A DNA stretch of 44,031 nucleotides from Pseudomonadota bacterium. Its GTDB lineage: Bacteria; Desulfobacterota; WTBG01; JAGOGO01. The position numbers and the translations under genes are program-made. The DNA is taken from contig JAZDOO010000224.1 of assembly GCA_043798555.1 (NCBI GenBank), positions 1 to 44,031 on the forward strand, written 5' to 3'. Below the pieces are notes generated by a model. That model made no database searches, had not been told where the DNA came from, and saw only the letters and a list, made by a program, of their open reading frames with translations. Positions 1 through 8,675 of this stretch are shown here, piece by piece. Within the stretch, counting starts at the first letter, position 1. Each line of letters opens with the position of its first letter.

Positions 1-9
1 TATAGGTGT

Positions 10-84
10 GGTGAGTGTAGCTCAGGTGGTTAGAGCACTGGGTTGTGGCCCCAGAGGCCGAGGGTTCGAGTCCCTTCACTCACC
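10..84 (+). tRNA. tRNA-His (anticodon GTG)
   Basis: Cloverleaf folded by eye. Acceptor GTGAGTG/CACTCAC. Extra 5' G-1 (pos 10) lies opposite discriminator C84, as in bacterial tRNA-His. Anticodon loop TTGTGGC. GGTTCGAGTCC T-arm. CCA not encoded. Confidence 0.9.
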
Positions 85-90
85 CTTTAG

Positions 91-163
91 CGCCCGTAGC
101 TCAGTTGGATAGAGCGTCGGACTTCGAATCCGCAGGTCGCCCGTTCAAGTCGGGCCGGGCGTG
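91..163 (+). tRNA. tRNA-Arg (anticodon TCG)
   Basis: Acceptor GCGCCCG/CGGGCGT (G1-U72). D-arm GCTCAGTTGGATAGAGC. Anticodon loop CTTCGAA. T-arm GCCCGTTCAAGTCGGGC. Confidence 0.9.
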
Positions 164-167
164 TAAC

Positions 168-240
168 GGGCCGTTAGCTCAACTGGTAGAGCAACTGACT
201 CTTAATCAGTAGGCTTGGGGTTCGAGCCCCCGACGGCCCA
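168..240 (+). tRNA. tRNA-Lys (anticodon CTT), intact copy; its 3' part is attL of the island
   Basis: Acceptor GGGCCGT/ACGGCCC. Anticodon stem-loop ACTGA-CTCTTAA-TCAGT. T-arm TGGGGTTCGAGCCCCG. Confidence 0.92.
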
Positions 241-241
241 T
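193..241. repeat. attL: 49-bp direct repeat (3' 48 nt of tRNA-Lys plus 1 nt)
   Basis: AACTGACTCTTAATCAGTAGGCTTGGGGTTCGAGCCCCCGACGGCCCAT is identical, base for base, to 10075-10123. Confidence 0.88.
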
Positions 242-259
242 AATGATTTACTTAACAAA

Positions 260-302
260 AATAAGAAGTTATCGAATATATCGCTGACTTCTTATTTTTT
301 TT
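260..302 (+). terminator. Rho-independent terminator downstream of the rebuilt tRNA-Lys
   Basis: 10-bp stem AATAAGAAGT (260-269) / ACTTCTTATT (287-296), followed by a T-run through 302. Confidence 0.6.
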
Positions 303-309
303 CTCGTGA

Positions 310-331
310 TTTTTGCTAACTTATTGCTAAC
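310..331. repeat. 22-bp repeat TTTTTGCTAACTTATTGCTAAC (candidate integrase arm-type site, P' side)
   Basis: Identical to 9929-9950. Contains GCTAAC twice at 11-bp periodicity. Lies ~70 bp inside attL. Confidence 0.7.
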
Positions 332-733
332 ATTTCCAAGTCTTTCAGATTACTTTTGGAAATAAGCGATTGATTATAATTGTTCTAATTCTGAATATAT
401 GATATAAAATTATAAAATTTTTCAATACCATTGTAGGCGAAAGGTTTGTTGAACTTTTCGTCTAAGAATCCCGAGTAGTTCCATCAAGTTGCATTCTGTC
501 ATTTATGTACTGTAGGGAAGCGATTTTGAGGTTTCCCTGGAATCTACATTTTTCGCAATGACAGGCCAGGAGCTTTACTCCCACATTGACCCTATAACCT
601 TTCGGTTGCAACTTGTCATGAGGGTGATAATAGCGGATACTCGTATTATATTTCTGAAAGTAGCCTCTCAAATAGGTTTGTCCTGTTTGAGGGGCTTTTG
701 TTTTGAAGTATTATGATGAAAAGGAGGAGAGAA

Positions 734-2615
734 ATGAGGTCACAAAAATCAAAAACAGTGAAAAAAATTATTGTGTTACTCCAATTGCTTTTTACTTTTT
801 CCTTAATGAGTGGTGTTTCTCAGGCTGAGACTAACGTGAGCGGTAATATATCAACCGATACAACTTGGACACTGACAAATAGTCCTTATGTTGTGACAGG
901 GACAGTACAGGTATTAAGTGGGGTAACGTTGACAATCGAGCCGGGGGTTACGGTGAAGTTCAATCAGGGTACGCTTTTGAGAATTGGCGGCGAACTTATC
1001 GCCGAGGGAACAGAAACCCAGATGATCACTTTTACTTCAAATGAACCTACTCCAAGCCCAGGGGACTGGGGGCCGATAGAGTTTGTAGAAGGTGCGGTGG
1101 GTAGCACGCTTGATGAAAATGGGGAATATGTGAGTGGTTCAATCATCAAGTTTTGCCATGTTGAGTACGGGGAAGGAATAAGGGCGAAGGAGCTTTATAT
1201 CGGATATAGTAATTTCTGTAACAATCATATCGCTATGACCATATTCAACCCAAGTACTATTAAGCATAATAGGATTTTCAATAATTACCTTGGAATTGGC
1301 ACTGGATACAACTTCTTTGGTTCTCCTGGACTAATAATTACTGAGAACGTTGTTACAAACAATACAGAGGGAATCAGTGTATATACGCTCTCGTGTAACA
1401 TTACTGGAAACACTTATTAGCAATAATAGTAGCAACGGAATTAGAGTAAGTAATGGGCTAACTACAATTTCTGGGAATAATCTTTTCGGAAATGGTCAAT
1501 ATGAAATTTTTAACGATATGTCAGGAGACATCACCGCCATAAACAACTGGTGGGGAACAACAAATATTTCTGAAATAGAAGTAAAAATATACGATTACTA
1601 TGATGATATTACCAGAGGTGAGGTTACTTTTCAGCCTTTTGCGTTATCCCCTTTCCCGACCCCTGAAGGTGCCCTTATTGCCCTTTTTACCGCCACTCCC
1701 CTGTCCGGCAATGCTCCTTTAACGGTTTCATTTACCGATCAATCAATTGGAGATCCTACGTCATGGCTATGGAATTTTGGAGATAGCCAAACAAGCACCG
1801 AACAAAATCCAACTCATATTTATGCTTCTGCGGGAACTTATACGGTTAGTCTAACTGTTTCTAATGCTTCTGGATCTGATACGATGACCAGAACCAACTA
1901 TATTACTGTTAACCCAAGCACAGTAGCCACCTTAGAACTAACCATTGTTGACAAAGACACCAGACAACCACTGAATGCTGCCTCAATAGAACTCTTTAAA
2001 TGGAATGAAGGACTGAATGAGTGGGAAATTTACAGGCAAGCGCAGACTGATGTAAACGGACAATATGCCTCTGGTGATCTGGAGGGCGGGGATTATGTAG
2101 TTAGGGCTTATAAGAAGGGAACGAACGGAAAATCAGAGTGGTTTGAATATTATCCTGAGTGGTACAATAATGTTCCAGGGTCAATGAATAAAATAAATAA
2201 CGCCACCTCAATACACCTTGAACCAGGTGGTTCAATCGAAGCGACCCATGATCTAAATAAAGTTCCGGTAAAGGTAGAAATTAGTTACAGGAACAACCGG
2301 ATTTCATCTGCCGGCGGTGATTTCAGTTACAGCGTGGTAATCGAAAACCGGACTAATCAGTCCCTCAGTCTTAAACGCTGGGTAACAGTAAAAGGAAGCA
2401 GTCCTTGGGATATGTCAACAGATTTTCAACAGGGGAATATCATACCATTCACCCTTAGCCCCTTTCAAAGAATTGTGCCCAAAAGCCACCTAATTCTGCC
2501 CGCTAATGCCCCGGATGGTGAGTATGGTATTACAGCATTTGTAGGAGCGTCCGCGAACAGTCCATGGGAAGCAATCAATTCAGCTTCCTGCTCTTTGTAC
2601 AAAGGAACGCCTTAA
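734..2615 (+). pseudogene. Secreted parallel beta-helix / PKD / carboxypeptidase-regulatory-like surface protein, interrupted by a +1 frameshift at ~1414
   Basis: ORFs 713-1420 and 1350-2615 overlap in different frames. RBS AAGGAGGA precedes the ATG at 734. Signal peptide ends in VSQA/ET. Repeats of the type I-x-x-N-x-I-x-N-N-x-x-G-I-x-V continue across the frame change: deleting one T at 1414/1415 gives ...ITGNTISNNSSNGIRV. PKD-like segment FTATPLSGNAPLTVSFTDQS...WNFGD...NPTHIY...GTYTVSLTVSN. Confidence 0.7.
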
Positions 2616-2792
2616 AATAATGTTAATAACGTTTTTCCTTAAACGCAGGGCCACAGAAAGCTTAAAAACCGTCAAAAACTAAACTAAATCGTAAGAAATC
2701 GGAAAAAATTTTGTGGTCGAGACCCCGCACCAAAAACAAGGGGGGGCATGCTTACGATAAACCGAGGGGTACTTAAGACTCTCCTATTGCTT

Positions 2793-3017
2793 TTATCTTC
2801 CCTTTTCGTACTTTTCAAGATACTCCTCAATCGCCTCATCCAGCAGTTCTCCTGTCAACTTCCCTTCCCTGATTGCAAGTGCCCTTAACCTTCTCCATAG
2901 CACGTCATCAATTGAGACCCCTATTTTCACCCTCGACACCCTTTCTTCATTCCCCTTTCTTACCGGTCTCCCTCGCCTTTTTATCAATCTCGGTTTCTCT
3001 TTGCTCGTTTCAGTCAT
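2793..3017 (-). CDS. Ribbon-helix-helix (CopG/Arc-like) DNA-binding protein
   Basis: C-terminal VKIGVSIDDVLWRRLRALAIREGKLTGELLDEAIEEYL fits a beta-strand-helix-helix pattern. ATG at 3017 has a GAAAGG RBS. The track ORF extends to a TTG at 3053, overlapping the recombinase stop. Co-oriented directly downstream of the recombinase. Confidence 0.6.
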   Translation of the reverse strand: MTETSKEKPRLIKRRGRPVRKGNEERVSRVKIGVSIDDVLWRRLRALAIREGKLTGELLDEAIEEYLEKYEKGR

Positions 3018-3043
3018 AAGCCTTTCCCTTTCCCCTAATTCCA

Positions 3044-3730
3044 CTAATTCCAAAGCCCTTTGATTTGGTTACTGATAGCCTCGTCCGTGACGTCAGCATA
3101 AACCAGGGTGGATTGGATAGAAACGTGCCTCAATTGCTTCTGTACCACCCTGAGATCCCTCTCTTTGGAGTAAAGTTCAACAGCGTAAGAGTGGCGTAAA
3201 GCGTGTACTGATTTCCCTGGTTCATAGAGATCGAGTTCTTTGAGGTACTTTTTTACGATTTGCTGGATCGCTTGGCTCGTCCAAGTGCCCCTTTGTCCAA
3301 TAAACAAATAGTCATCCTCTCCTGATCCTTCCCCCCTCTCGTTTTTCCATTTCAAAAACTGTTTCAAGTGCTTTTTGAGGGATTCATTGATAACAACATG
3401 ACCGGAGACTTTCCCTTTTCCTTCTCTGACAAAAAGCTTGCTTTCACCATAACCCATTTTAACATCACCACACCTCAAATTTGCCGCTTCCGATACCCTG
3501 AGACCAGTTGAAGTCAAAAGATCGATAGCCATCCATTCCCTGACTCCCGTAATCTTCCGTTTCTTTTCGTTAATCTCAGCCTGATCCCTAACCCTTCGTC
3601 TCATTAACTTTATCTGTTTTTCGTTGAAATATTTGATGCCGTCAACAGATTTGATTCTTGCTTTTCTCTTTCTTGTGATGCGTTTTTCAGCCGGGAAGTT
3701 GATCACGGTTGGTGATTGATCGAGTCTCAT
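3044..3730 (-). CDS. Small tyrosine recombinase (catalytic domain only, 228 aa)
   Basis: Catalytic signature visible: GLRVSEA (Arg I), HALRHSYA (H-x-x-R), LRHVSIQSTLVYADV (His/Tyr nucleophile region). RBS AGGAGGGG. No N-terminal arm- or core-binding domain of usual length. Confidence 0.85.
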   Translation of the reverse strand: MRLDQSPTVINFPAEKRITRKRKARIKSVDGIKYFNEKQIKLMRRRVRDQAEINEKKRKITGVREWMAIDLLTSTGLRVSEAANLRCGDVKMGYGESKLFVREGKGKVSGHVVINESLKKHLKQFLKWKNERGEGSGEDDYLFIGQRGTWTSQAIQQIVKKYLKELDLYEPGKSVHALRHSYAVELYSKERDLRVVQKQLRHVSIQSTLVYADVTDEAISNQIKGLWN

Positions 3731-3756
3731 TTTGCCCCTCCTTTCGTCTCAATAAA

Positions 3757-3837
3757 GTTTTCTATTGAGTTTTCAGACTGCTTTGAAACGAAATATCGGG
3801 GGTTTTCAGCGTCTGTAAATGCAAAACTCAATAGAAA
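3757..3837. promoter_or_regulatory. Perfect 16-bp inverted repeat flanking a 49-bp spacer, 27 bp upstream of the small recombinase
   Basis: TTTTCTATTGAGTTTT (3757-3772) and AAAACTCAATAGAAAA (3822-3837) are exact reverse complements. GTTTTCAG occurs twice across this region (3769-3776, overlapping the end of the left arm, and 3801-3808 in the spacer). Confidence 0.6.
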
Positions 3838-4223
3838 ATCGTTATTATGTTTTGAGTTTATTATCTGTGCCATCTTTATTATCTATATTATATAAATAAT
3901 TTTTTAAAGTCAAGAATAAAATGAAAAATTGATGATGGTCACCGTTAGTTTGTTGCTGCTCCTTGTGAAACCAGCTTAAAAAAGAGGAAACCAAGTTTTG
4001 ATTTGGCTGATGGCTGAGATTAAACTTTTATGTAGAAGTATGAAAGAGGTTTTCCTTTCAAGGCAGGCAGGTTAAAATTAGCGTATGGGCTTAGAGGAAA
4101 TGTCAAGCGATAAACTATATGCTATTGCATGGCTGATAATCTTGGAAGATTTTGAAGTCTTTCAAGCTTTCAAGGCTTAGAAACTAAAGAACTTGACCCC
4201 TAAAAACAATTATCTCATCAAAT

Positions 4224-4658
4224 TTATGGTTTAGGTTTAAGCATAATGAGGGTTCTCGAATATGGTGGCTCTTGTCCCACCCCGCTCCACCGTTGGACAA
4301 TGATATTATTGCCCATGAAAAGGATTCCTAATACCCCTCCTTGACATGTGGCAAAGAGGAATTTCTGACCTCCAGGTCTAACGGAGTAAATACTAATCAC
4401 TCTGTCATATACATCAGGTGTTCCCACTCCCATCAGTACACAGTATTTGAATATAGGATTGTTCGCCGCGTCACGACCAACGATAACATTGCCCGCTACG
4501 AAAACAGAACCCAATTCCCCTATTGGATCTATACCATCATCTTCGAATTCTGTAATTATACTCTGCGTATACTGTTCCATAGCATACCCGTCAAGCCAAG
4601 GGTATTCGGCTTGGACTGTGGTTGCTATTAATAGTACCAATAAAGTGACCAGCAACAT
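4224..4658 (-). CDS. Exported protein of unknown function (144 aa)
   Basis: ATG with GGAGGG RBS. N-terminal signal peptide MLLVTLLVLLIATTVQA/EY. No recognisable family. Confidence 0.6.
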   Translation of the reverse strand: MLLVTLLVLLIATTVQAEYPWLDGYAMEQYTQSIITEFEDDGIDPIGELGSVFVAGNVIVGRDAANNPIFKYCVLMGVGTPDVYDRVISIYSVRPGGQKFLFATCQGGVLGILFMGNNIIVQRWSGVGQEPPYSRTLIMLKPKP

Positions 4659-4845
4659 AATCCTACCCTCCTTCCTTAGTTATCTTCTCCTTATCAAACG
4701 TCAGATTTTTCCCAAAATTACCCTTTCCTCAATAGTTTGGTTTGTACCCCTGAAAGACCATCCAAAATACAGTGGTGAAGGTTTAATTCGCGGAATTTTG
4801 CAAAATACTAAGTACCCATCTCAAATCCAACGCTCCAGGGATAAC

Positions 4846-4884
4846 AAAAAACCCCATTTACCTCAGTATGAGAGAAATGGGGTT
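4846..4884 (-). terminator. Rho-independent terminator (minus strand) downstream of the lipoprotein gene
   Basis: 10-bp stem AACCCCATTT (4850-4859) / AAATGGGGTT (4875-4884). The A-run at 4846-4851 reads as a U-tract on the minus strand. Confidence 0.5.
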
Positions 4885-5183
4885 CTGGTATTTGCTCCAT
4901 AAAACCCTCCGTTAGGGGTCATAAAAACTATTGGTTTCCATTGGATAATAAAATTGCTACCACAAAATATTCTCTTCGTCAAGAAATTTAGAGAGCTAAT
5001 TGTTGAAAGGACTTGTAACAGAAATATTTTCGGAAAAAGGCCTTTGTTGTGGGTTATGTACCATTTAAAGGTGACTAATGTACTTATTTGACCTATGGAA
5101 AGCCACCTTACTTTATTCGAGGCTAAACATTTCAGAAAAGCGCCTCGCTGTTGGCATTCAGGTGGAGCAAACTGTCAGACAGG

Positions 5184-5774
5184 TCACGGACTTGGTTTAT
5201 CATCCTTGATATTGAAACAATTACAGAGTGCTTCATTTAAACCCCATGTTATGCCTTTCTTGACACGTTCACCAGCTTGTTTGCAGTCCATCCAATCTGT
5301 TCTTTTTCCCAGCAAATAGTCCATTCTCGCCCAAAAAACATCATATATTGCTGTTCCTTGAACTGGGGTGCCAGCCATAGGCAATGTTGTAGCCGTCCAT
5401 GACCCACTGGTTGTTGCCATAGGGGCAATCGTTTGGCTCTGGGTATTAACTTGGACGGACACCTTAACCCCGTTTTGTGCCGATTTGGTCGTGACTCGCC
5501 AATAGTCCGTACCGGATGCAGCCGCCAAGACCACATATACAAGCCAATTTCTTGTAGCGTATAACTCGTCTTCAGCGTGAACTATCTTAAAGTCATTCCC
5601 ATCTGCTAATCGAAAAAGTCTTTCAGCTGCTTTAAGGACTTCATCCTTACTCACCCCATCGTAATAGCGTGTTGTAGTATCTAACCATTCTTCTCTTGTA
5701 AGTTGAGGCTTAGTAGTAGCACAACCAGCAAAAACTATACACAATGAAACGACCGATACTATAACTCTTTTCAT
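5184..5774 (-). CDS. Lipoprotein of unknown function
   Basis: Internal start MKRVIVSVVSLCIVFAGC has a lipobox (VFAG/C). The longer track ORF (to 5846) adds an implausible N-terminus. Confidence 0.7.
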   Translation of the reverse strand: MKRVIVSVVSLCIVFAGCATTKPQLTREEWLDTTTRYYDGVSKDEVLKAAERLFRLADGNDFKIVHAEDELYATRNWLVYVVLAAASGTDYWRVTTKSAQNGVKVSVQVNTQSQTIAPMATTSGSWTATTLPMAGTPVQGTAIYDVFWARMDYLLGKRTDWMDCKQAGERVKKGITWGLNEALCNCFNIKDDKPSP

Positions 5775-6211
5775 TTTCCCTTTTGTCTTACAATACTTTT
5801 TATACACTGCACCAAATTTGAATATAATGAAGCAAAAATATATCAATACTGAATCAAGTTAGATCAATACTGCCTCATAAAACCCCAAAATTTTTGGTAT
5901 AAGAGCACGATTTAAAGAGTGGTGCTGCTACCCCGCAAAGATTGCATTTATTGAAACAAGCTAATCCCGCAAAATTACACCAACCAAACAAGCCGAACCA
6001 CCCACATGAGGCAATAAGGCATATTGATCTAAGTGATTCATGGACTCATTCTCTCCTCCTCAGAAATCTCCAGTTCCGCTTGCAATTCGATATTAACTTG
6101 TGTTTCGAGAACAGGAATTATTAAAAACTCAAATAAGGAAAAAGTCAAGGAGTACAAACTTTTGGTATTGGATAACGGCAAAATTTAAAACCAAGCCACC
6201 CAAAAATTGAG

Positions 6212-6451
6212 TTAAGAACCACCTTTCAACTTTGCCCTAAAACTTGCCTCAAGCTGATCATAATAATTTGGTTTACCATCAACCTCAGGATCATACTCCT
6301 CAAGCTGACTATTGATCAACCTATGGTAAGCGTTCACTAACTGACTTAACCGCCCGATTTTTTCGCTCCCGCATCCCTTCTTCTGCCTGATGTCTCTGCA
6401 AATAGCCTTAATAACCCCTTCAACGTTTTTTATTACCTGTTCAGTGCCCAT
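6212..6451 (-). CDS. Hypothetical protein (79 aa)
   Basis: ATG preceded by AAGGGGA. Hydrophilic and helical-looking. No family recognised. Confidence 0.45.
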   Translation of the reverse strand: MGTEQVIKNVEGVIKAICRDIRQKKGCGSEKIGRLSQLVNAYHRLINSQLEEYDPEVDGKPNYYDQLEASFRAKLKGGS

Positions 6452-6735
6452 ACTCTGTTCCCCTTTACAGCTAAAAAAATTTATTGTGCATGTTTGTGCT
6501 TGACATCAAGTCCCTCCCACTTCCCTGCTGTTACAAATAACCCAAACCTGCTTTACCATTAACCCAAGATAATTTCATGGTTACAGCGTTCTCAGTATCC
6601 GGTGTCTGTCATTCTGGCAATAAAACGGGCAAAGTATTCCTTTAAATAAAAAAGTCGTCTTTTTCGCTTCAAAACCAGCTTATTTTTTCTATGCAGTGAG
6701 AAACACTACTCACATCGAGATCGTCACTTTTAGAG

Positions 6736-6990
6736 TCAAATTTCGATAGCATGCTCACTCTGTAGAGATTTTTCAGTTTGTCTCTGACAGTCTCTTTCTC
6801 GCTCTTCCATGCCGTTGCGGAAAGGAAACAGGGGACACAGGGTATCCGTGCACTCCTTAACAATCATTCCAGCTTTCACGTAAGGTGTCCCCACTGAACC
6901 TCCCCGGTGACCATCATACCCGAAGCACTCCCTACAATGTAAAACTATTGCCTGACCCCGCGTTAACCTTTTACCTTCCATAACCATCAC
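6736..6990 (-). CDS. Small Cys-rich (zinc-binding type) protein typical of phage/plasmid modules
   Basis: C-x2-C ... C-x5-CPLFPFRNG resembles the C..C...C....CPL(W/Y)P(Y/F)R proteins common on mobile elements. Start ambiguous (GTG 6990, ATG 6987 or ATG 6981). Confidence 0.55.
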   Translation of the reverse strand: MMVMEGKRLTRGQAIVLHCRECFGYDGHRGGSVGTPYVKAGMIVKECTDTLCPLFPFRNGMEERERDCQRQTEKSLQSEHAIEI

Positions 6991-7030
6991 CTCTCATCTT
7001 TAGAATAGAAAATCCTTTGATCATCAAAAT

Positions 7031-8008
7031 CTAACACCGAGTTCTTGCATGGAACTCTAAGGTCGCTTCCGGAATAATCCTGTTCTGTTGTTCCAGAGGA
7101 ATAAGAAAACGGGAATAATTCGGAAGACCGTTAACCTTGGACTTGTACTCCTCGACAACCTCCATCATAGGCTTGTCCAGGGCGCAACGTATCCAACAGC
7201 TCCGTATGTGTTGTCTAAGGAGCGCTCCAGAGCCAGGTCTTCGCTGATCCGCTTTTGCAATCTGTTTTCTGTACTTCTTGGTGAGGTATTTATCAATCTT
7301 TTCCCAATCCCACCGCTTGAATTCAAAAAACTTACTAATATCCACACTCACCCCATTAGCCAAACTTGAGAGCGAGATACCCAAATCCCTAATCTTATTT
7401 CGGTGCAGTTCAAGCTCTAATCTCACATAATCCTTCAATTCCGCATCTTTCGGTCTCGGATAAACCCTAATGCCCCTGATGGAGTGTCTGATGTCGTTGG
7501 TATAATAGGTATCTTCGTACTTCCTTGCTGAATTTCTTTGGTATTTCAGAAAAAGATGTCTTTCCAGGAATTCCTTGAAACCCCAAATATTAATAACGTA
7601 AAAATCCCATGCTAATTCTATTTTGCTGATCTTTGGGGAGATTGAGAGCTTGATAAAAATAGAATTGATCCTCTGCATAATTTCAGGATGAGGTTGATGA
7701 AGGGCTATGAAAAATTGAGGTCTTATGAGATTAATTTTAGGTGCATAGAAGAGGTCAATGGTGTCTGGGGGACTTTGGTACACTCTTTTTCTTGTATATA
7801 TTCCCCTTGTCAAACGATGATCTTTAAATACCCTATAGAATTGCTTTAACTCGTTATCCAAGGTAGTGAAATCAGTGGTTAGGCAGGATAAAATGATTAC
7901 GTCTATGCTTGTTTTTATAGTGATTTCAGATAGATCGAAAGGGAAATAATCATTCTCTATATAACTATTACGTCTGTCAGCCTTCAAACCAATGGTTTTC
8001 TTTCCCAT
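7031..8008 (-). CDS. Putative replication-initiation (Rep_trans-like) protein
   Basis: 325-345 aa ORF between the Zn protein and the excisionase-like gene. Segment IRVYPRPKD...YVRLELELHR resembles the R-x-Y-x-K ... R-x-E-x-E core of rolling-circle/Rep_trans initiators. Weak, by-eye assignment. Start uncertain (ATG 8008 or TTG 8068). Confidence 0.45.
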   Translation of the reverse strand: MGKKTIGLKADRRNSYIENDYFPFDLSEITIKTSIDVIILSCLTTDFTTLDNELKQFYRVFKDHRLTRGIYTRKRVYQSPPDTIDLFYAPKINLIRPQFFIALHQPHPEIMQRINSIFIKLSISPKISKIELAWDFYVINIWGFKEFLERHLFLKYQRNSARKYEDTYYTNDIRHSIRGIRVYPRPKDAELKDYVRLELELHRNKIRDLGISLSSLANGVSVDISKFFEFKRWDWEKIDKYLTKKYRKQIAKADQRRPGSGALLRQHIRSCWIRCALDKPMMEVVEEYKSKVNGLPNYSRFLIPLEQQNRIIPEATLEFHARTRC

Positions 8009-8074
8009 AGTTTCATGCTCTCTGATGCAAGAGGGAGCGTTCCAGGGTTTCCACCATGTGTCCACCAAAGGCGA

Positions 8075-8308
8075 TTAAGATGGCCTCCCTGCAATTTCGT
8101 CCAAAGAATTTCTCGTAAGAACCGGGTTCTGCCTGAGCCAGCCCTCCACATCGTCAAAGAAATAGTAAATCCTGCGACCCCTGACATAGTAACGAGGTCC
8201 AAGCTTTTGATACCTCCAATTAGCCAAGGTTCCCTTCGGAATGCCCCAGGTGGCCTCAACCTGCTCTGGTGTGTAAGCCCGTTTGGTCAAATTTACCTTG
8301 TGCCTCAT
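8075..8308 (-). CDS. Excisionase / AlpA-MerR-type helix-turn-helix protein
   Basis: 77 aa with AGGAGG RBS. YTPEQVEATWGIPKGTLANWRYQKLGPRYYVRGRRIYYFFDDVEGWL matches the small HTH excisionase pattern. Lies downstream of the integrase gene, separated by a 367-bp gap. Confidence 0.7.
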   Translation of the reverse strand: MRHKVNLTKRAYTPEQVEATWGIPKGTLANWRYQKLGPRYYVRGRRIYYFFDDVEGWLRQNPVLTRNSLDEIAGRPS

Positions 8309-8675
8309 AACAACCTCCTTGCTGCTTCATTAGTGAGATCAAAGAATCACTAAACATTATATCACATTTTTTTGTTTTCTTAACGAAAAAAATGAAATAA
8401 TTTCGCATACATACTTCTGATATACTCTATACATTAAAATTCTTATGACGGATCTGTAAATGATTAAAAAGAAAGTGTGGAGGTGAAGGGAACCTTACAA
8501 ATTCTTGCTATAGACCTTAAGAGAAAAGATGCAAAGGCTATTGGGGGAGGTTATTGTTTTTGAGGGTTAGGAAAAAATCAAAGATTATCATGCAAAGAAT
8601 AAGAACTTGTGCGAAGGACTCTTGAAATGAGCAATTGATAAGTTTGAGGGTACCAAAGTCAGATGGCATCCTATC

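Noticed and set aside
462-671. 69-aa minus-strand ORF with a C-x-C-x2-C cluster just inside attL.
   Set aside because: TTG start, no visible RBS and no recognisable family. It lies in AT-rich DNA where spurious ORFs are common. Not reported as a gene.
2715-2730. GGTCGAGACCCCGCAC(CA) resembles a tRNA T-arm/3' end. It might have marked an internal att remnant dividing the island into two tandem elements.
   Set aside because: Only ~15 nt of loose similarity to the tRNA-Lys core. There is no match to the anticodon-side part of the 49-bp repeat. The split would also leave the left part without a recombinase.
3757-3837. The 16-bp inverted repeat next to the small recombinase as a FimB/E-style invertible promoter switch.
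   Set aside because: The segment between the repeats is only 49 bp, and I could recognise no promoter within it. An operator or recombination site is more plausible.
5961-6041. 26-codon minus-strand ORF (MNHLDQYALLPHVGGSACLVGVILRD) behind a GGAGGAG-like RBS; possible small membrane peptide or type I toxin.
   Set aside because: Too short to support from sequence alone. A competing ATG sits immediately upstream in another frame, and I could find no antisense RNA or repeat structure.
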